Source: Saprospiraceae bacterium (lineage in GTDB: Bacteria > Bacteroidota > Bacteroidia > Chitinophagales > Saprospiraceae). From it: a DNA stretch of 63,051 bases. Below the pieces are notes generated by a model. That model was not told the DNA's origin and made no database searches. It was given only the letters and a program-made list of their open reading frames with translations. The stretch is taken from NCBI GenBank assembly GCA_020629935.1, contig JAHDCJ010000012.1, forward strand, positions 1 through 63,051. The letters run 5' to 3'. Each line of letters opens with the position of its first letter. The stretch's first letter is position 1. This document shows positions 1 to 10,918 of the stretch, piece by piece. Made by a program: the position numbers and the translations under genes.

Positions 1-779
1 TTTGGATTTTTAGCCGCATCTTCCAAGGCATTTGCTTGCTGGAATTTTTGGAATTTATCCATATCATCGACCATATTCATATTGGTCATCTTATCATAAA
101 ACTCTTCTACTTCTTTAGGAAGGGAAGTACTTGTAATTTGGAATTTGGTCAACTCAATACCAAATGGCTCCAAATCTTTTTGAATAGTAGGTAAAATGCG
201 TTCACCTAATTCAGTATAATTAGAAACCATATCTAATACCGAAACGCCAGATTCCGCAAGTGCTTCACTAAATTTTGGTGAAACAATATCTCGTAAACGA
301 TCTTCAATACTACCAATTTTTAAAATAGGAGCAGTTCCTGCAAACTCTTTGAAAAATAAAGCCGCATCTGAAATACGAATAAAATACGTTCCAAAAGCTT
401 TAACTCGAACTTGTTTAAATTGAGGATCTCTTAAGATAATAGGATTAGGCGTTCCCCAACGTAGATCTGTAAACTGCTTTGTACTTACATAATACACATC
501 TACTTTATAAGGCGAATTAAAACCATGTTTCCAACTTCTTAACGTAGTAAGAATTGGAATGTTTTCAGTATGTAAAGAATACATTCCAGGTTCAAAAATG
601 TCTGCCATTCGCCCTTCATCTACCAACATCGCTGTTTGAGATTCTCGAACGGTAAGTTTAGCACCATTTTTAATATTATAGTCTTTGTCAGGAAATTTCC
701 AAAGAACGGTATCATTGTCCTTTTCTACCCAATCAATAACATCAATTAATTCATTCTTAATAAAATCAAATAAACCCAT
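1..779 (-). CDS. SPFH/band-7 domain protein (YdjI-like, COG4260 'virion core protein' family); C-terminus lies outside the window
   Basis: My own translation of the minus strand from ATG (complement of 777-779) gives MGLFDFIKNELIDVIDWVEKDNDTVLWKFPDKDYNIKNGAKLTVRESQTAMLVDEGRMADIFEPGMY... It stays open to the window edge, so it has no stop and is absent from the ORF track. The N-terminus is typical of this SPFH family. Confidence 0.7.
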   Translation of the reverse strand, partial: MGLFDFIKNELIDVIDWVEKDNDTVLWKFPDKDYNIKNGAKLTVRESQTAMLVDEGRMADIFEPGMYSLHTENIPILTTLRSWKHGFNSPYKVDVYYVSTKQFTDLRWGTPNPIILRDPQFKQVRVKAFGTYFIRISDAALFFKEFAGTAPILKIGSIEDRLRDIVSPKFSEALAESGVSVLDMVSNYTELGERILPTIQKDLEPFGIELTKFQITSTSLPKEVEEFYDKMTNMNMVDDMDKFQKFQQANALEDAAKNP

Positions 780-937
780 TTTATAAATTTTGGAGTCAAT
801 TAATAAGACCTAAATATTCGGTCCGAAATCTATAGATCGTTGGCAAAATCAACAATTAATTTCTTGGTAGCCGATTTTTTCGATAAATATTTAATTTTTT
901 TCGATAGAAAGGGAGAAACATATAAGGTAGACGAGCA

Positions 938-1318
938 TTATCCGCCAGTTACCCGACGTAGATGTTCCATTTGAGAGGTCCATAACTGAGATTGTTCTTC
1001 CACTTCATCTTCATCACAAAAATCAGTGATTTCCATTATGGTTTCTGCTGTAACAGGTGATTTTTTAAGCCTAAATTCTAAATACTCTTCAGGAGAATCA
1101 GCATCTTCCCAACGAAATTTTAGACGTTCGTCTTCAATATCATCAAGTAGATGTGCTACTTCCTCAGATCCGTTCCAATTGAAGGTATAAACATCAGCTG
1201 TTATATCAACTTCATCACAAAACCACCGTATTAGGCAATTAGGAGTGGATAAAAATTTATAGAGGATAGTAGGCGAAGCCCTAAAAATAAATTCGAGTTC
1301 AAATGATACTCTTTTCAT
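938..1318 (-). CDS. START-like (SRPBCC/AHSA1-like) domain protein
   Basis: 126-aa ORF. It resembles the small Bacteroidota START-like proteins (ELEFIFRASPTILYKFLSTPNCLIRWFCDEV...FNWNGSEE...FRWEDA...EFRL) with an acidic C-terminal third. Confidence 0.65.
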   Translation of the reverse strand: MKRVSFELEFIFRASPTILYKFLSTPNCLIRWFCDEVDITADVYTFNWNGSEEVAHLLDDIEDERLKFRWEDADSPEEYLEFRLKKSPVTAETIMEITDFCDEDEVEEQSQLWTSQMEHLRRVTGG

Positions 1319-1501
1319 GGTAATAATTCAGATAAAAAATAAAAATCAGCTGCCCCTGTTCGACGCAATAAATAATAAAAAAACTAATTTTCCAAATTAT
1401 AATTGAACTAAAATAAAAAAAATAGCATTAGTATAATGTAAGCCCAACTTTACAAACTATTTATTTTAACTAGGATATTTTAAAAATATAGTTACATAGG
1501 T

Positions 1502-1533
1502 CTTGATTCTAAACATAATTAAGACTATCTTTG
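1502..1533 (+). promoter_or_regulatory. Candidate Bacteroidota sigma-A promoter for rpoD (TTG-N20-TATCTTTG)
   Basis: TATCTTTG at 1526-1533 matches the Bacteroidetes -7 consensus TAnnTTTG. TTG at 1503-1505 lies 20 nt upstream. The site is about 55 nt upstream of the rpoD start. Confidence 0.45.
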
Positions 1534-1587
1534 TAGCTTGTAACAGCCACTAAAATACCCTTAATTTTATTAAAACCTATCTACCGT

Positions 1588-2457
1588 ATGCGTCAACTCA
1601 AGATTACTAAATCAATTACTAACAGAGAAAGTCAATCATTAGAAAAGTACCTTCAAGAAATTGGAAAAGTAGATCTTCTCACACCAGAAGAAGAAGTAGA
1701 GTTAGCAAAGCAAATTAAACAAGGCAATCAAATTGCACTGGAAAAACTAACCAAGGCCAACCTGAGATTCGTAGTCTCCGTGGCAAAACAGTATCAGAAC
1801 CAGGGTTTATCGCTGAGCGACCTCATTAATGAAGGTAATTTAGGACTTATCAAAGCTGCTCAAAGGTTTGACGAAACCAGAGGCTTTAAGTTCATCTCTT
1901 ACGCCGTTTGGTGGATTCGACAGTCAATCTTGCAAGCTCTAGCTGAACAGTCAAGAATTGTACGTCTTCCTTTAAACAAAGTAGGATCATTAAACAAAAT
2001 TAACAAGGCATTCTCTCAACTTGAACAAGAGTATGAGCGCGAACCTTCAGCCGATGAATTAGCTGAAGTACTAGAAATTGCAACTGAAGAAGTAGAAACA
2101 ACACTTGGTGTGGCTGCACGACACGTTTCTATGGACGCACCTTTCGTCGAAGGAGAAGATAATTCTTTACTCGATGTCTTGGAAAATGCAAACACTCCTG
2201 GTACCGACAAAGCTTTAGAATATCGGGATTCTTTACGTAAAGAAATCGAACGATCACTAAGTACGCTTACTGAACGACAACACGATGTAATCAAACTATA
2301 CTTCGGTATTGGTGTGGAGCATCCGATGTCTTTAGAGGATATTGGTGATAAATTCGGCCTTACTAGAGAACGGGTTCGACAAATTAAAGACAAAGCGATT
2401 AATAAATTGCGATCTACTTCTCGAAGTAAATTGCTTAAAGCTTATTTAGGCTCTTAA
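1588..2457 (+). CDS. rpoD: RNA polymerase primary sigma factor (sigma-70 family, short Bacteroidota sigma-A)
   Basis: 289 aa with regions 1.2-4: [57 protein letters not shown], and the region 4.2 [26 protein letters not shown]. Confidence 0.95.
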   Translation: MRQLKITKSITNRESQSLEKYLQEIGKVDLLTPEEEVELAKQIKQGNQIALEKLTKANLRFVVSVAKQYQNQGLSLSDLINEGNLGLIKAAQRFDETRGFKFISYAVWWIRQSILQALAEQSRIVRLPLNKVGSLNKINKAFSQLEQEYEREPSADELAEVLEIATEEVETTLGVAARHVSMDAPFVEGEDNSLLDVLENANTPGTDKALEYRDSLRKEIERSLSTLTERQHDVIKLYFGIGVEHPMSLEDIGDKFGLTRERVRQIKDKAINKLRSTSRSKLLKAYLGS

Positions 2458-2480
2458 TTTCCGCTTTAAAATATTTAAAA

Positions 2481-2512
2481 AGTACGATGATTCTTCATCG
2501 TACTTTTTTTTT
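2481..2512 (+). terminator. Rho-independent terminator after rpoD
   Basis: 10-bp perfect stem agtacgatga/tcatcgtact (2481-2490 / 2495-2504) with loop ttct, followed by a run of T. Confidence 0.8.
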
Positions 2513-2556
2513 GCCCTGATTTGACGTTTAGATGTTAAATTTCTATTCATAAATCT

Positions 2557-2564
2557 TATCTTTG
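2557..2564 (+). promoter_or_regulatory. Candidate -7 promoter box (TATCTTTG) upstream of the GAPDH gene
   Basis: Exact TAnnTTTG match about 48 nt upstream of the ATG at 2612. I saw no clear -33 TTG at the canonical spacing. Confidence 0.35.
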
Positions 2565-2611
2565 CACTCGTATTTATAACCATTTGTTCACAAACCTTTA
2601 AAAGCTCAAAA

Positions 2612-4084
2612 ATGGAAATTGACGAGGTTAAAAAAAATTCTATCGTGGTATCCTTAGATAAATGGAGAGAACAAGAAATGAAAGCACTTGAATTGCTTCA
2701 AATTGTTGGCGAACTCCGATTCGATAAATCCGTAGAACTTATCCTTTTTAGACGAAATATTTATGACTCTAGACCTAGTGAAGTCCTAAATGATCATTTA
2801 TTCGCTAAAAATTATGTAAAACAACCAATTACGGTTGATACTAGCCTAGAATTAGCACATGCCATTGCCAAAATGGAATTGGCCCCTTCTCGTATTGATA
2901 TAGGAAAATTAGCCACCGAATGGCTAACCTCATCTAACGATTTTGCAAGTATTGAAGACTTTCTAAATAACAAAATAGGAGATTTCGTAGGGAAAGATAA
3001 AAAAATCTTAGTTCCTAAAGATGTTGTCCTTTACGGCTTTGGCCGAATTGGTCGTCTCGCCGCTCGTCGTCTAATTGAAATGACTGGAAAAGGAGAACAA
3101 CTCCGTTTACGTGCTATTGTACTTCGTAGAAAAATGAAAGACAACCAAGCAGAAGAAATGGCTAAACGTGCTTCTTTACTGCGTAAAGATTCTGTTCATG
3201 GTAAATTCCGTGGCTTAGTAAGCGTTTCTAAAGATGGAGAACATCTTATTGTAAATGGTAACTATGTCCGTATTATTTTCGCTAACAACCCTGCAGAGAT
3301 TGATTATACCGAATATGATATCAACAATGCTTTATTGATCGATAATACAGGGGCTTGGAGAGATAAAGAAGGTCTTTCACAACACCTTCGTCCGGGAATT
3401 AAACAAGTATTGTTTACCGCACCGGGTAAAGGAATTAAAAATATTGTTCATGGAGTTAACCAAAAAACCTTAAACTTTGAAGAAGATACGGTTTTCTGTG
3501 CAGCTTCTTGTACTACAAATGCCATCGCTCCAATTCTAAAAGTGGTACATGACAACTTAGGAATTTCTAATGGTCATATTGAAAGTATTCATGCATACAC
3601 CAATGCACAAAACTTACTCGATAACTTCCATAAAAAACCTCGTCGAGGAAGAGCTGCGGCAGTAAATATGGTGATTACTTCCACTGGTGCCGCAAGTGCA
3701 ATTGCCAATGTAATTCCTGATCTTGGAGGTAAATTAACCGGAAGTGCTATCCGTGTTCCTACGCCTAATGTTTCTTTAGCCATCTTAACATTAAATGTGA
3801 AAAAAGAAACTTCTGCAGAAGCTATTAATGATTTGGTGCGAACCGCTTCTTTACATGGGCCTTTAGTAGAGCAAATCAAATATTCTACTTCCAAAGACTT
3901 TGTTTCTAGTGATGCAATTGGTGCAGCGAATGCTTCTGTTTTTGATTCACCTTCTACAAAAGTTTCTGAAGATCAAAAAACAGTTACCTTATATGTGTGG
4001 TATGATAATGAGTATGGATATACTTGTCAGGTGCTAAGATTAGCAAAATATGTAGCACAAGTAAGAAGATTAAAGTACTACTAG
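2612..4084 (+). CDS. gap: Glyceraldehyde-3-phosphate dehydrogenase, long form with an N-terminal extension of about 135 aa
   Basis: Rossmann motif VLYGFGRIGRLAARR, catalytic AASCTTNAIAP, and C-terminal WYDNEYGY. At 490 aa it is longer than the usual ~335 aa because of N-terminal extra sequence. Confidence 0.85.
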   Translation: MEIDEVKKNSIVVSLDKWREQEMKALELLQIVGELRFDKSVELILFRRNIYDSRPSEVLNDHLFAKNYVKQPITVDTSLELAHAIAKMELAPSRIDIGKLATEWLTSSNDFASIEDFLNNKIGDFVGKDKKILVPKDVVLYGFGRIGRLAARRLIEMTGKGEQLRLRAIVLRRKMKDNQAEEMAKRASLLRKDSVHGKFRGLVSVSKDGEHLIVNGNYVRIIFANNPAEIDYTEYDINNALLIDNTGAWRDKEGLSQHLRPGIKQVLFTAPGKGIKNIVHGVNQKTLNFEEDTVFCAASCTTNAIAPILKVVHDNLGISNGHIESIHAYTNAQNLLDNFHKKPRRGRAAAVNMVITSTGAASAIANVIPDLGGKLTGSAIRVPTPNVSLAILTLNVKKETSAEAINDLVRTASLHGPLVEQIKYSTSKDFVSSDAIGAANASVFDSPSTKVSEDQKTVTLYVWYDNEYGYTCQVLRLAKYVAQVRRLKYY

Positions 4085-4110
4085 CATTTAAGTCTAGATT
4101 TGATATTAAA

Positions 4111-4157
4111 CCAATTTAGGTTGTTGTCTCTGGCAATAATTTAAATTGGTTTTTTTT
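4111..4157 (+). terminator. Rho-independent terminator after gap
   Basis: 16-bp stem (ccaatttaggttgttg / caataatttaaattgg, including 3 G-U pairs) with a 7-nt loop, followed by T7. Confidence 0.75.
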
Positions 4158-4187
4158 ATGGAGTTTTATGAAACTAAAGCAAGAGCA

Positions 4188-5135
4188 TTAGCCTCGCTTA
4201 TTCCAAGTATTCACTCTTCGCTCAAACAAAGCCTTACTAAATTTCCACTCATTCAGATCAAACGAACTTTCTAATTGTTCTTCTAATCGATCAGGCAAAT
4301 TAGGAAAAAAATCAATGCCTGTAAATAACTCAATTTGATCAATACTTGTAGCAAATTTTTCTACAGGTTCTTCCGACGCTTCATTCGGCATTAAAAAAGC
4401 AATGGCTTTGGAATGATTTTTCCCTTTATGAAATAATACTTTATAAAATAATCCCGGAACCGTAACTCGATTGCGTTTACCAATTACTTCTTTTGAAGTT
4501 CCCCCATTGAGTACCGGACCAGTAACCACATAAATATGTGAATTTTGCCTTGCCCAGTTCCTAGTAAGTTCTTCCAACTCTCTCCAAATTCCGCGATTAA
4601 ACTTAGGCGCTTGTGGACACATATTGCTCATTAAAAAGGTATTCGTCATGGCTTGGGCAGTAAATGCCATATCCGATGCTGCCGCTAAATGACCTCGATC
4701 ATAACCTGAACCTCGATAATCATCTGGACTAGCCGAACCTGATTTAACCAAAGGATCTTTTCTAAAATCATCGGTGCGTTCTACATGGTGTTTCAAACGA
4801 GGAATGTCTAATTCATACATGACCCATTCGGCCTGTTCATGTTTCTCATTATAAGACAAAGCAAAATACGGATGCTCAATAATCTGATTTGTAGTAGAGG
4901 TAGGAAGATAATCTAAAAAACTAACCGTTTTTAAGTAAGTTTCGTCATCGTTATTATTTTCCACAATGGGTTCTTCTTCCTCTTGATCATTAGTAATCAC
5001 TTCCCCGCCAGAAAAATATTGAGTGTACACATACCCCATAATGGCTACGACTCCACCTAATAAACCCAATTGAGTATACCAATTGGATCCTCCAGAAGAT
5101 TTCTTTCTTGATTTTCTTTTTTTGCTCATGCACAA
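4188..5135 (-). CDS. DNA/RNA non-specific endonuclease (NucA/EndoG-type beta-beta-alpha-Me nuclease), membrane-anchored
   Basis: Contains the active-site motif GYDRGHLAAASD and a downstream N (FLMSNMCPQ). There is a basic N-terminus followed by a TM helix. Confidence 0.85.
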   Translation of the reverse strand: MCMSKKRKSRKKSSGGSNWYTQLGLLGGVVAIMGYVYTQYFSGGEVITNDQEEEEPIVENNNDDETYLKTVSFLDYLPTSTTNQIIEHPYFALSYNEKHEQAEWVMYELDIPRLKHHVERTDDFRKDPLVKSGSASPDDYRGSGYDRGHLAAASDMAFTAQAMTNTFLMSNMCPQAPKFNRGIWRELEELTRNWARQNSHIYVVTGPVLNGGTSKEVIGKRNRVTVPGLFYKVLFHKGKNHSKAIAFLMPNEASEEPVEKFATSIDQIELFTGIDFFPNLPDRLEEQLESSFDLNEWKFSKALFERRVNTWNKRG

Positions 5136-5279
5136 ATGTAAAAAAAAAATCTTAATTTGAAATTATTTGTTTCGAATAAATAAAATTATTTGTGTTTTTT
5201 TATTAAATCCTAACAATGTATTCGCTCGTTCGCTTTGCTAAACGTACTTTTAAAGCTCATATCTAATAAATCAGGACTT

Positions 5280-7406
5280 ATGATTACCAAATTACTATCT
5301 ACCTTCGGTTTTATCTTCTTGATTAGCCTAATGGCTTGTAACACTAAAAATGGACAAGCGCAAACATCAAAAGATCATAAATATACCAATGCATTGGTGA
5401 ATGAAAGTAGTCCGTATTTATTACAACATGCCCATAATCCAGTCCATTGGTTTCCTTGGAAAGAGGAAGCCTTGAAAAAAGCAAAGGATGAAAATAAAAT
5501 GATTATCATTAGTGTGGGCTATTCTTCCTGCCATTGGTGTCATGTAATGGAACATGAATCGTTTGAAGATACGACTATAGCGCGCATCATGAACGAAAAC
5601 TTTGTATGTATAAAAGTAGACCGAGAAGAAAGACCCGATGTAGACGATGTATATATGACTGCCTGTCATTTAAGCGGTGGTGGTGGATGTGGTTGGCCAC
5701 TTAATGCCTTTGCTCTGCCAGATGGTCGTCCCTTTTTTGCAGGGACTTATTATCCCAAATCTCAATGGAAGAATATCCTCAATGACTTGACCAAAAGGTT
5801 TAGAAAGAATCCACAAGAATTAGAAAAATTTGCTAATTCGATTATGCAAGGTATTGAGCAACGTGGCCTCGTACAATTTAATGATAACAAAGCAGAATTT
5901 ACAAAACCTGAATTAGAATCGATTGCACAAGTTTTTACTTCTGGGCTTGATTTAAAAAAAGGAGGTAAAAAGGTAAGTGCCACCCGTCCAATAAAATTCC
6001 CAATGCCCAATAATTATCTTTTCTTATTACGCTATTATAAAATGACGGGAAATCAAACGGCTTTAGATGGCGTCAACGCTACCTTAGAAAATATGGCGAA
6101 TGGAGGAATCTTTGATCAAATCGGAGGAGGATTTGCACGGTATTCTACCGACGCCATTTGGCAAGTTCCTCATTTCGAAAAAATGCTTTATGATAATGGT
6201 CAATTGGTAAGTTTATATTCAGAAGCTTATCAAGAAACCCAAAATCCGTTATACAAGGAAATCGTTTATGCCACGCATGAATATATAAAGCGAGAAATGA
6301 CTAATGAAGAAGGTGGATTTTATAGTTCTTTAGATGCCGATAGTGAAGGCGTAGAAGGAAAGTTTTACGTTTGGCAAAAAACTGAAATTGATTCTTTATT
6401 AGGTGAAGATGCGGCCATGTTTAATGAGACCTTTACCGTTAAACCCAATGGGAATTGGGAACATACCAATGTACTCCATATTACTAAACCAATAGAAACA
6501 ATCGCTGCAAAATATAATTTATCCATAGCCAATTTTAAATCGAAAATTAGGGCGAATAAAAAGATCTTATTGGAAGCCAGAGCAAAACGCATTCGCCCAG
6601 GACTTGATGATAAAATTTTAACTTCTTGGAATGCCTTAATGCTTAAAGGGTATGTAGATGCTTATCGAAGTTTTCAAGATCAAACCTTCTTAAATGCAGC
6701 GATCAAAAATGCTACTTTTTTAAAGAAAAATGCATTGCAAAAGGATTATCGTTTAAACAGAAATTATAAAGATGGCAAATCAGTGATCAATGCGTTCTTA
6801 GATGATTATGCTTTGTTAATTGATGCCTATGTAGCATTGTATCAAATTACTTTTGACGAACAATGGCTTAATGATGCCAAAGGATTACTAGAGTATACTT
6901 TAGCTAATTTTTATGATACGAAATCAAAAATGTTTTTCTATACCTCTAAATTAGATGATCCATTAATTACTCGAAAAATGATCTTAAGTGATAATGTCAT
7001 TCCTGCATCTAATTCTGTCATGGCTAGAAATTTATTGCACTTGGGTACTTATTTTTATGAGGCAGATTATATCCAAAAAAGTAAATGGATGTTGAATAAT
7101 ATGCTTGATCAAATCAAATCAAGTGAGCAGCCAAGTTTCTATTCCAATTGGTGTAATCTCTATTATGAATTGACCAATCCTCTTTATGAAGTAGCTATCA
7201 TAGGGGATGATTTTGCAAATTTGAGAAACCAATGGGATCAACAATATTTGCCCAATGTATTATTACTCGGAGGAAAAACAGAGGGGGATTTAGAATTGTT
7301 AAAAGGGAAATTACGTTCAGGACAAACCACCATTTACGTTTGTAAAAATAAAACATGTAAACTCCCTGTAAATGAAGTAGAAGCTGCTTGGAAATTAATG
7401 GATTGA
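5280..7406 (+). CDS. Thioredoxin-domain protein of the YyaL/DUF255 (SSP411-like) family, probable lipoprotein
   Basis: Motif [18 protein letters not shown] plus a C-terminal six-hairpin-glycosidase-like region. The track starts at TTG 5235. I prefer ATG 5280 because it gives a signal peptide with lipobox ([20 protein letters not shown]). Confidence 0.85.
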   Translation: MITKLLSTFGFIFLISLMACNTKNGQAQTSKDHKYTNALVNESSPYLLQHAHNPVHWFPWKEEALKKAKDENKMIIISVGYSSCHWCHVMEHESFEDTTIARIMNENFVCIKVDREERPDVDDVYMTACHLSGGGGCGWPLNAFALPDGRPFFAGTYYPKSQWKNILNDLTKRFRKNPQELEKFANSIMQGIEQRGLVQFNDNKAEFTKPELESIAQVFTSGLDLKKGGKKVSATRPIKFPMPNNYLFLLRYYKMTGNQTALDGVNATLENMANGGIFDQIGGGFARYSTDAIWQVPHFEKMLYDNGQLVSLYSEAYQETQNPLYKEIVYATHEYIKREMTNEEGGFYSSLDADSEGVEGKFYVWQKTEIDSLLGEDAAMFNETFTVKPNGNWEHTNVLHITKPIETIAAKYNLSIANFKSKIRANKKILLEARAKRIRPGLDDKILTSWNALMLKGYVDAYRSFQDQTFLNAAIKNATFLKKNALQKDYRLNRNYKDGKSVINAFLDDYALLIDAYVALYQITFDEQWLNDAKGLLEYTLANFYDTKSKMFFYTSKLDDPLITRKMILSDNVIPASNSVMARNLLHLGTYFYEADYIQKSKWMLNNMLDQIKSSEQPSFYSNWCNLYYELTNPLYEVAIIGDDFANLRNQWDQQYLPNVLLLGGKTEGDLELLKGKLRSGQTTIYVCKNKTCKLPVNEVEAAWKLMD

Positions 7407-7432
7407 TTTTGAAATAAAAAGTAAGTAATTAC

Positions 7433-7981
7433 TTATTCGTGTTTCCATTCATCAAAGTAAAGAATAAATAATTTGGCTAGATTTTTGGCATCGTCTATCC
7501 CTCTATGATGTAGGCCATCCCAAGTAAATCCTTCTTTCTCTACCGCACGTTTTAAACCCATCGGTTTGCGTAGAGCCTTAATATCTCTATACTGATGCTT
7601 AAGGCTAATGTGCTTGTCTGTCCAATCTGCATCAATGTTATTTAACTCACAATCATGCCGTAATGCCTTGCGATCAAAATAGCCCCAAGAGCAAAGTAAG
7701 TATTCTTGACGATCGCTATAACCAATCCACTCGGCAAAGGTTTCTGCTACCTCCGCAAATTCTCTCGCGTTTTCTACATCTTCTTGTTGTATGGAAGTAA
7801 GCTCCTTACAAAATGGACTAAGAGTAGGGTGGTGGACCGGTTTAATAAACTCACAAAAAGTGTCCACTACTTCGGCATATTGATTAATCTTTACTGCTCC
7901 AATTTCAATAATCTCCTGAATAAAACTTGCTCTAGGATGTTTCCAACAGGTCGCCTCTAAATCATATATAATGAAATGCAT
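7433..7981 (-). CDS. DEDDh 3'-5' exonuclease (KapD/ERI-1-like)
   Basis: ExoI motif IIYDLEATCW, an internal WGYFD, and the ExoIII motif HRGIDDAKN. Confidence 0.8.
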   Translation of the reverse strand: MHFIIYDLEATCWKHPRASFIQEIIEIGAVKINQYAEVVDTFCEFIKPVHHPTLSPFCKELTSIQQEDVENAREFAEVAETFAEWIGYSDRQEYLLCSWGYFDRKALRHDCELNNIDADWTDKHISLKHQYRDIKALRKPMGLKRAVEKEGFTWDGLHHRGIDDAKNLAKLFILYFDEWKHE

Positions 7982-8007
7982 GTTATGTTAATTTTTTGTA
8001 ATCGTTT

Positions 8008-8370
8008 TTAATCCTTCTTTTTTCCAAAGAAAGTATGATGAAGTAAATCTCCAATCATTGCACTCAATCCACCAATTAAAGCACCTATAAGCGCCACAAT
8101 CGGAATCATTAAAATACCATTGTTTCTACCAATTAATTGAACCATACGGTTGGCTAATATTCCATCATTAGATTGGTATTGAATAAAACAATAGATCGCC
8201 CAAAAAATTCCTATGGCAAAGAACCCACAAAAGAAAGTCCACCATGTTTTTTTCTGAGGAATAATTAAACCTCCTAGTACCGCAGCAACAGCAATACTCC
8301 ACCAAGGTAATACATATTGTAAACCGAAAGCTAAGACCGCAATGAGGAATAAACCACTAATAAATTTCAT
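8008..8370 (-). CDS. Small integral membrane protein, function unknown
   Basis: 120 aa with about 4 predicted hydrophobic helices. It is tightly spaced with its neighbours and I recognised no family. Confidence 0.5.
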   Translation of the reverse strand: MKFISGLFLIAVLAFGLQYVLPWWSIAVAAVLGGLIIPQKKTWWTFFCGFFAIGIFWAIYCFIQYQSNDGILANRMVQLIGRNNGILMIPIVALIGALIGGLSAMIGDLLHHTFFGKKKD

Positions 8371-8406
8371 GTCAATTTAATGTTTTAAAGAAGGTCTAGA
8401 TTAAAA

Positions 8407-10842
8407 TTAGGATGGATTAAATGTCATCGTGGCTTTAGGCTTTTGCTTATCGTCTTTTGCATTTTTCATAAACCATAATTTATAATATTCACCTTTAGCC
8501 CATTTGTCAATAAAGTCTCCATAATTTGGACTGCCAGGATTGCCTGATTGTCCACCAGGATAAATTCCATAGGCTTCGATCTCTTCTCCCAGTTCTACAA
8601 TCATTCGCCAAGAAGGGCCATTATGTTTGCTAATGGCATTCAATGCGGTACGATCTCCTCCTACATCTATATTGGTAAAAGCAAAAGGTTTGATCACTCG
8701 ACTAAGGTGTAAAATATCGGTCGCTTTGTATGGACCCCACAAGGGTTCTTTGTTTTCTTTCTTCGACCATTCCGATAGTTTTTTGCAGGCTTTTTTAAAT
8801 GAACTCGTTACCACGTCATTGGCGGTTTCTTTTTCTGTTGTTTTTTGTACATCAAAATAAACACTATTCGGTTCATCTCTTAAAAGATGAATGGTACGCC
8901 ACCATTTAGGCCATGTTTTTCCACCTTTAAAATCAAGGGCTTCAATTTCATCCCATGTGATGTCGTAAAAAGCATCAAACCACGCATCAAAAAGAGAAGG
9001 GGCTACCATATCTTTTTCAAAACGATAATCCCACCCTGCAAAGGTTTTCAAATAAGCAAGATCATTTTCAGTTAGGTTTGATTTATCTAAATATTGTAGT
9101 AAAAGAGGTAACATTTGACGAGCTCGTAAGTTCTCATTGTCGGTTTGCAAATCCATCATATCTTGAATCGTAATGCTATCCATCTTTCCCAATTTCTGAT
9201 TCAATATTCGCCCTCGATAATCGCCAAAACGACCAGAAAAATAATAAGGATAATCAGGTGCCGCAGAATGTTGATTGGCAGAAGAAACAAAGCCTCTTTC
9301 TGGATTTTTAATATGCGGATTATGCGATTGTGGAATAAAACCCTTCCAAGCAGATGCTGATTTAGAACCATCTTGGACAAAACGACCTTGCTCGGAATTC
9401 TTCATCGGAAATTGACCTTGTACCCAAAGTGCAATGTCATTTTCTTTAGAAGCAAAAGCAAAATTTTGTGGAGGAGTCGCATAGCCTTTTATCGCATCCG
9501 CATATTCCGTATAATTTTTCGCTTTATTCAAATGATAGAAAGTAGTCGCCTCATTAGAAGGTAAATGTCCTACCCATTGAATTGCCATATCTTGATAAGG
9601 ATGATCCTTCTCTAAATAAGCTACAGGTCCCCAATGCGTATAGTAAACCGTATCTCGCAATATCCCTTGACCTTTCACTTGGTATTCTTCAATGACTGTT
9701 CGGCTTGGTACATATTTGCCATCATACAAATAGGCTTTTCTGCTATTATCTTCCCAAGTAATTTTATACCAATCGGTCAAATCCCAACCTACATTCGTGA
9801 CGCCCCAAGCAATGTGCTCATTGAAACCAATGATAATTCCAGGAGACCCAGGAAGTGAAACACCATAAGTATTTGATTCAGGAATATGTATTTGACATTC
9901 ATACCAAGTAGAAGGCGCAGTCAACATCAAGTGTGGGTCATTGCATAAAATAGGATGTCCAGAAGCGGTCATTGATCCTGAAACCGCCCAATTATTACTT
10001 CCTAAATGTGGATCGTATTTTTTAATTAAATCATGATCGTACACGCCGCCAATATTCAGATTGGTCGTATCGGTTGGCGCAGGCATTACCGAAGGCGGGT
10101 ACACCGTTCCTTTAGGAATAATCGGATCTTGTTCTTCAAACCATTCTGGAAATAATTGATCAAAAGTCGTGGCACCCAAGGTGTTTTTGGTATTGGTATT
10201 CTCCAAATCACTTTCGCGCATAGCCAACATACGTGCCATCAATTTTTGTAAAAGAGCTGATTTTAATGGAGTCCAAGCTTCAGGTTTATAATTCAATAAT
10301 TTGTATTCTATTGGATAATCTGCAGGACTCAATTGATCAATATAGGCATTGACTCCATTGGAATAAGATTCAATAAAAGAATAAACGGTTTGATCTTTTT
10401 TCCATTCTTCTAAGGCATTATTAGCCGCATAAGGAATACCAATTCTTCGGGTTTCTTGATCTTGCTTCAATACGATCTCTCCCAAAATTTCGGTTAATCT
10501 ACCAGCGGCCGCATGGGTTTGAAATTCCATTTGCCATAGCCGATGATAAGCATGAACATAGCCTTGGACAAAAGCAGCGTCTTTGATATTTTCTGCAAAA
10601 ATATGAGGTACCATCCGATCATCAAAAATTACTTGAGCAGGTTTAGATAAACCTTTAAATTGTAGCTCCTCAGGTAAATCTAATGTTTGGGTTTCCCCAT
10701 TCTTCCAAAAGCCAGTATGTGGATTCAGTATCTTGCCAAAAGCAGGAATCGGCATCTTATCCCTAATAAGTCCTTGATCTAAAAAATAAATCAAGCCTCC
10801 AGTAATTACTAATAAAAAGATTAAAAATAAGCTACGTGCCAT
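8407..10842 (-). CDS. Penicillin/cephalosporin acylase family Ntn-hydrolase
   Basis: 811 aa with a signal/anchor sequence. The beta-subunit nucleophile context GSNNWAVSG and the overall size are typical of the S45 family. Confidence 0.9.
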   Translation of the reverse strand: MARSLFLIFLLVITGGLIYFLDQGLIRDKMPIPAFGKILNPHTGFWKNGETQTLDLPEELQFKGLSKPAQVIFDDRMVPHIFAENIKDAAFVQGYVHAYHRLWQMEFQTHAAAGRLTEILGEIVLKQDQETRRIGIPYAANNALEEWKKDQTVYSFIESYSNGVNAYIDQLSPADYPIEYKLLNYKPEAWTPLKSALLQKLMARMLAMRESDLENTNTKNTLGATTFDQLFPEWFEEQDPIIPKGTVYPPSVMPAPTDTTNLNIGGVYDHDLIKKYDPHLGSNNWAVSGSMTASGHPILCNDPHLMLTAPSTWYECQIHIPESNTYGVSLPGSPGIIIGFNEHIAWGVTNVGWDLTDWYKITWEDNSRKAYLYDGKYVPSRTVIEEYQVKGQGILRDTVYYTHWGPVAYLEKDHPYQDMAIQWVGHLPSNEATTFYHLNKAKNYTEYADAIKGYATPPQNFAFASKENDIALWVQGQFPMKNSEQGRFVQDGSKSASAWKGFIPQSHNPHIKNPERGFVSSANQHSAAPDYPYYFSGRFGDYRGRILNQKLGKMDSITIQDMMDLQTDNENLRARQMLPLLLQYLDKSNLTENDLAYLKTFAGWDYRFEKDMVAPSLFDAWFDAFYDITWDEIEALDFKGGKTWPKWWRTIHLLRDEPNSVYFDVQKTTEKETANDVVTSSFKKACKKLSEWSKKENKEPLWGPYKATDILHLSRVIKPFAFTNIDVGGDRTALNAISKHNGPSWRMIVELGEEIEAYGIYPGGQSGNPGSPNYGDFIDKWAKGEYYKLWFMKNAKDDKQKPKATMTFNPS

Positions 10843-10918
10843 GTTCGTTGGTGATTTATCTATACGTTCATTTCGAAATTATGGAACAAAATTAAATGTG
10901 CAACTTTTTCCCTTTTTT

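Noticed and set aside
2016-2393. 125-aa minus-strand ORF inside rpoD. Similar antisense ORFs lie inside gap (3589-3894), the DUF255 gene (5421-5669, 5762-6010, 6365-6592) and the acylase gene (8627-9858, five ORFs).
   Set aside because: Each is fully embedded antisense within a strongly conserved gene and has Ser/Ile/Arg-rich low-complexity translations. They are typical shadow ORFs of AT-rich coding DNA.
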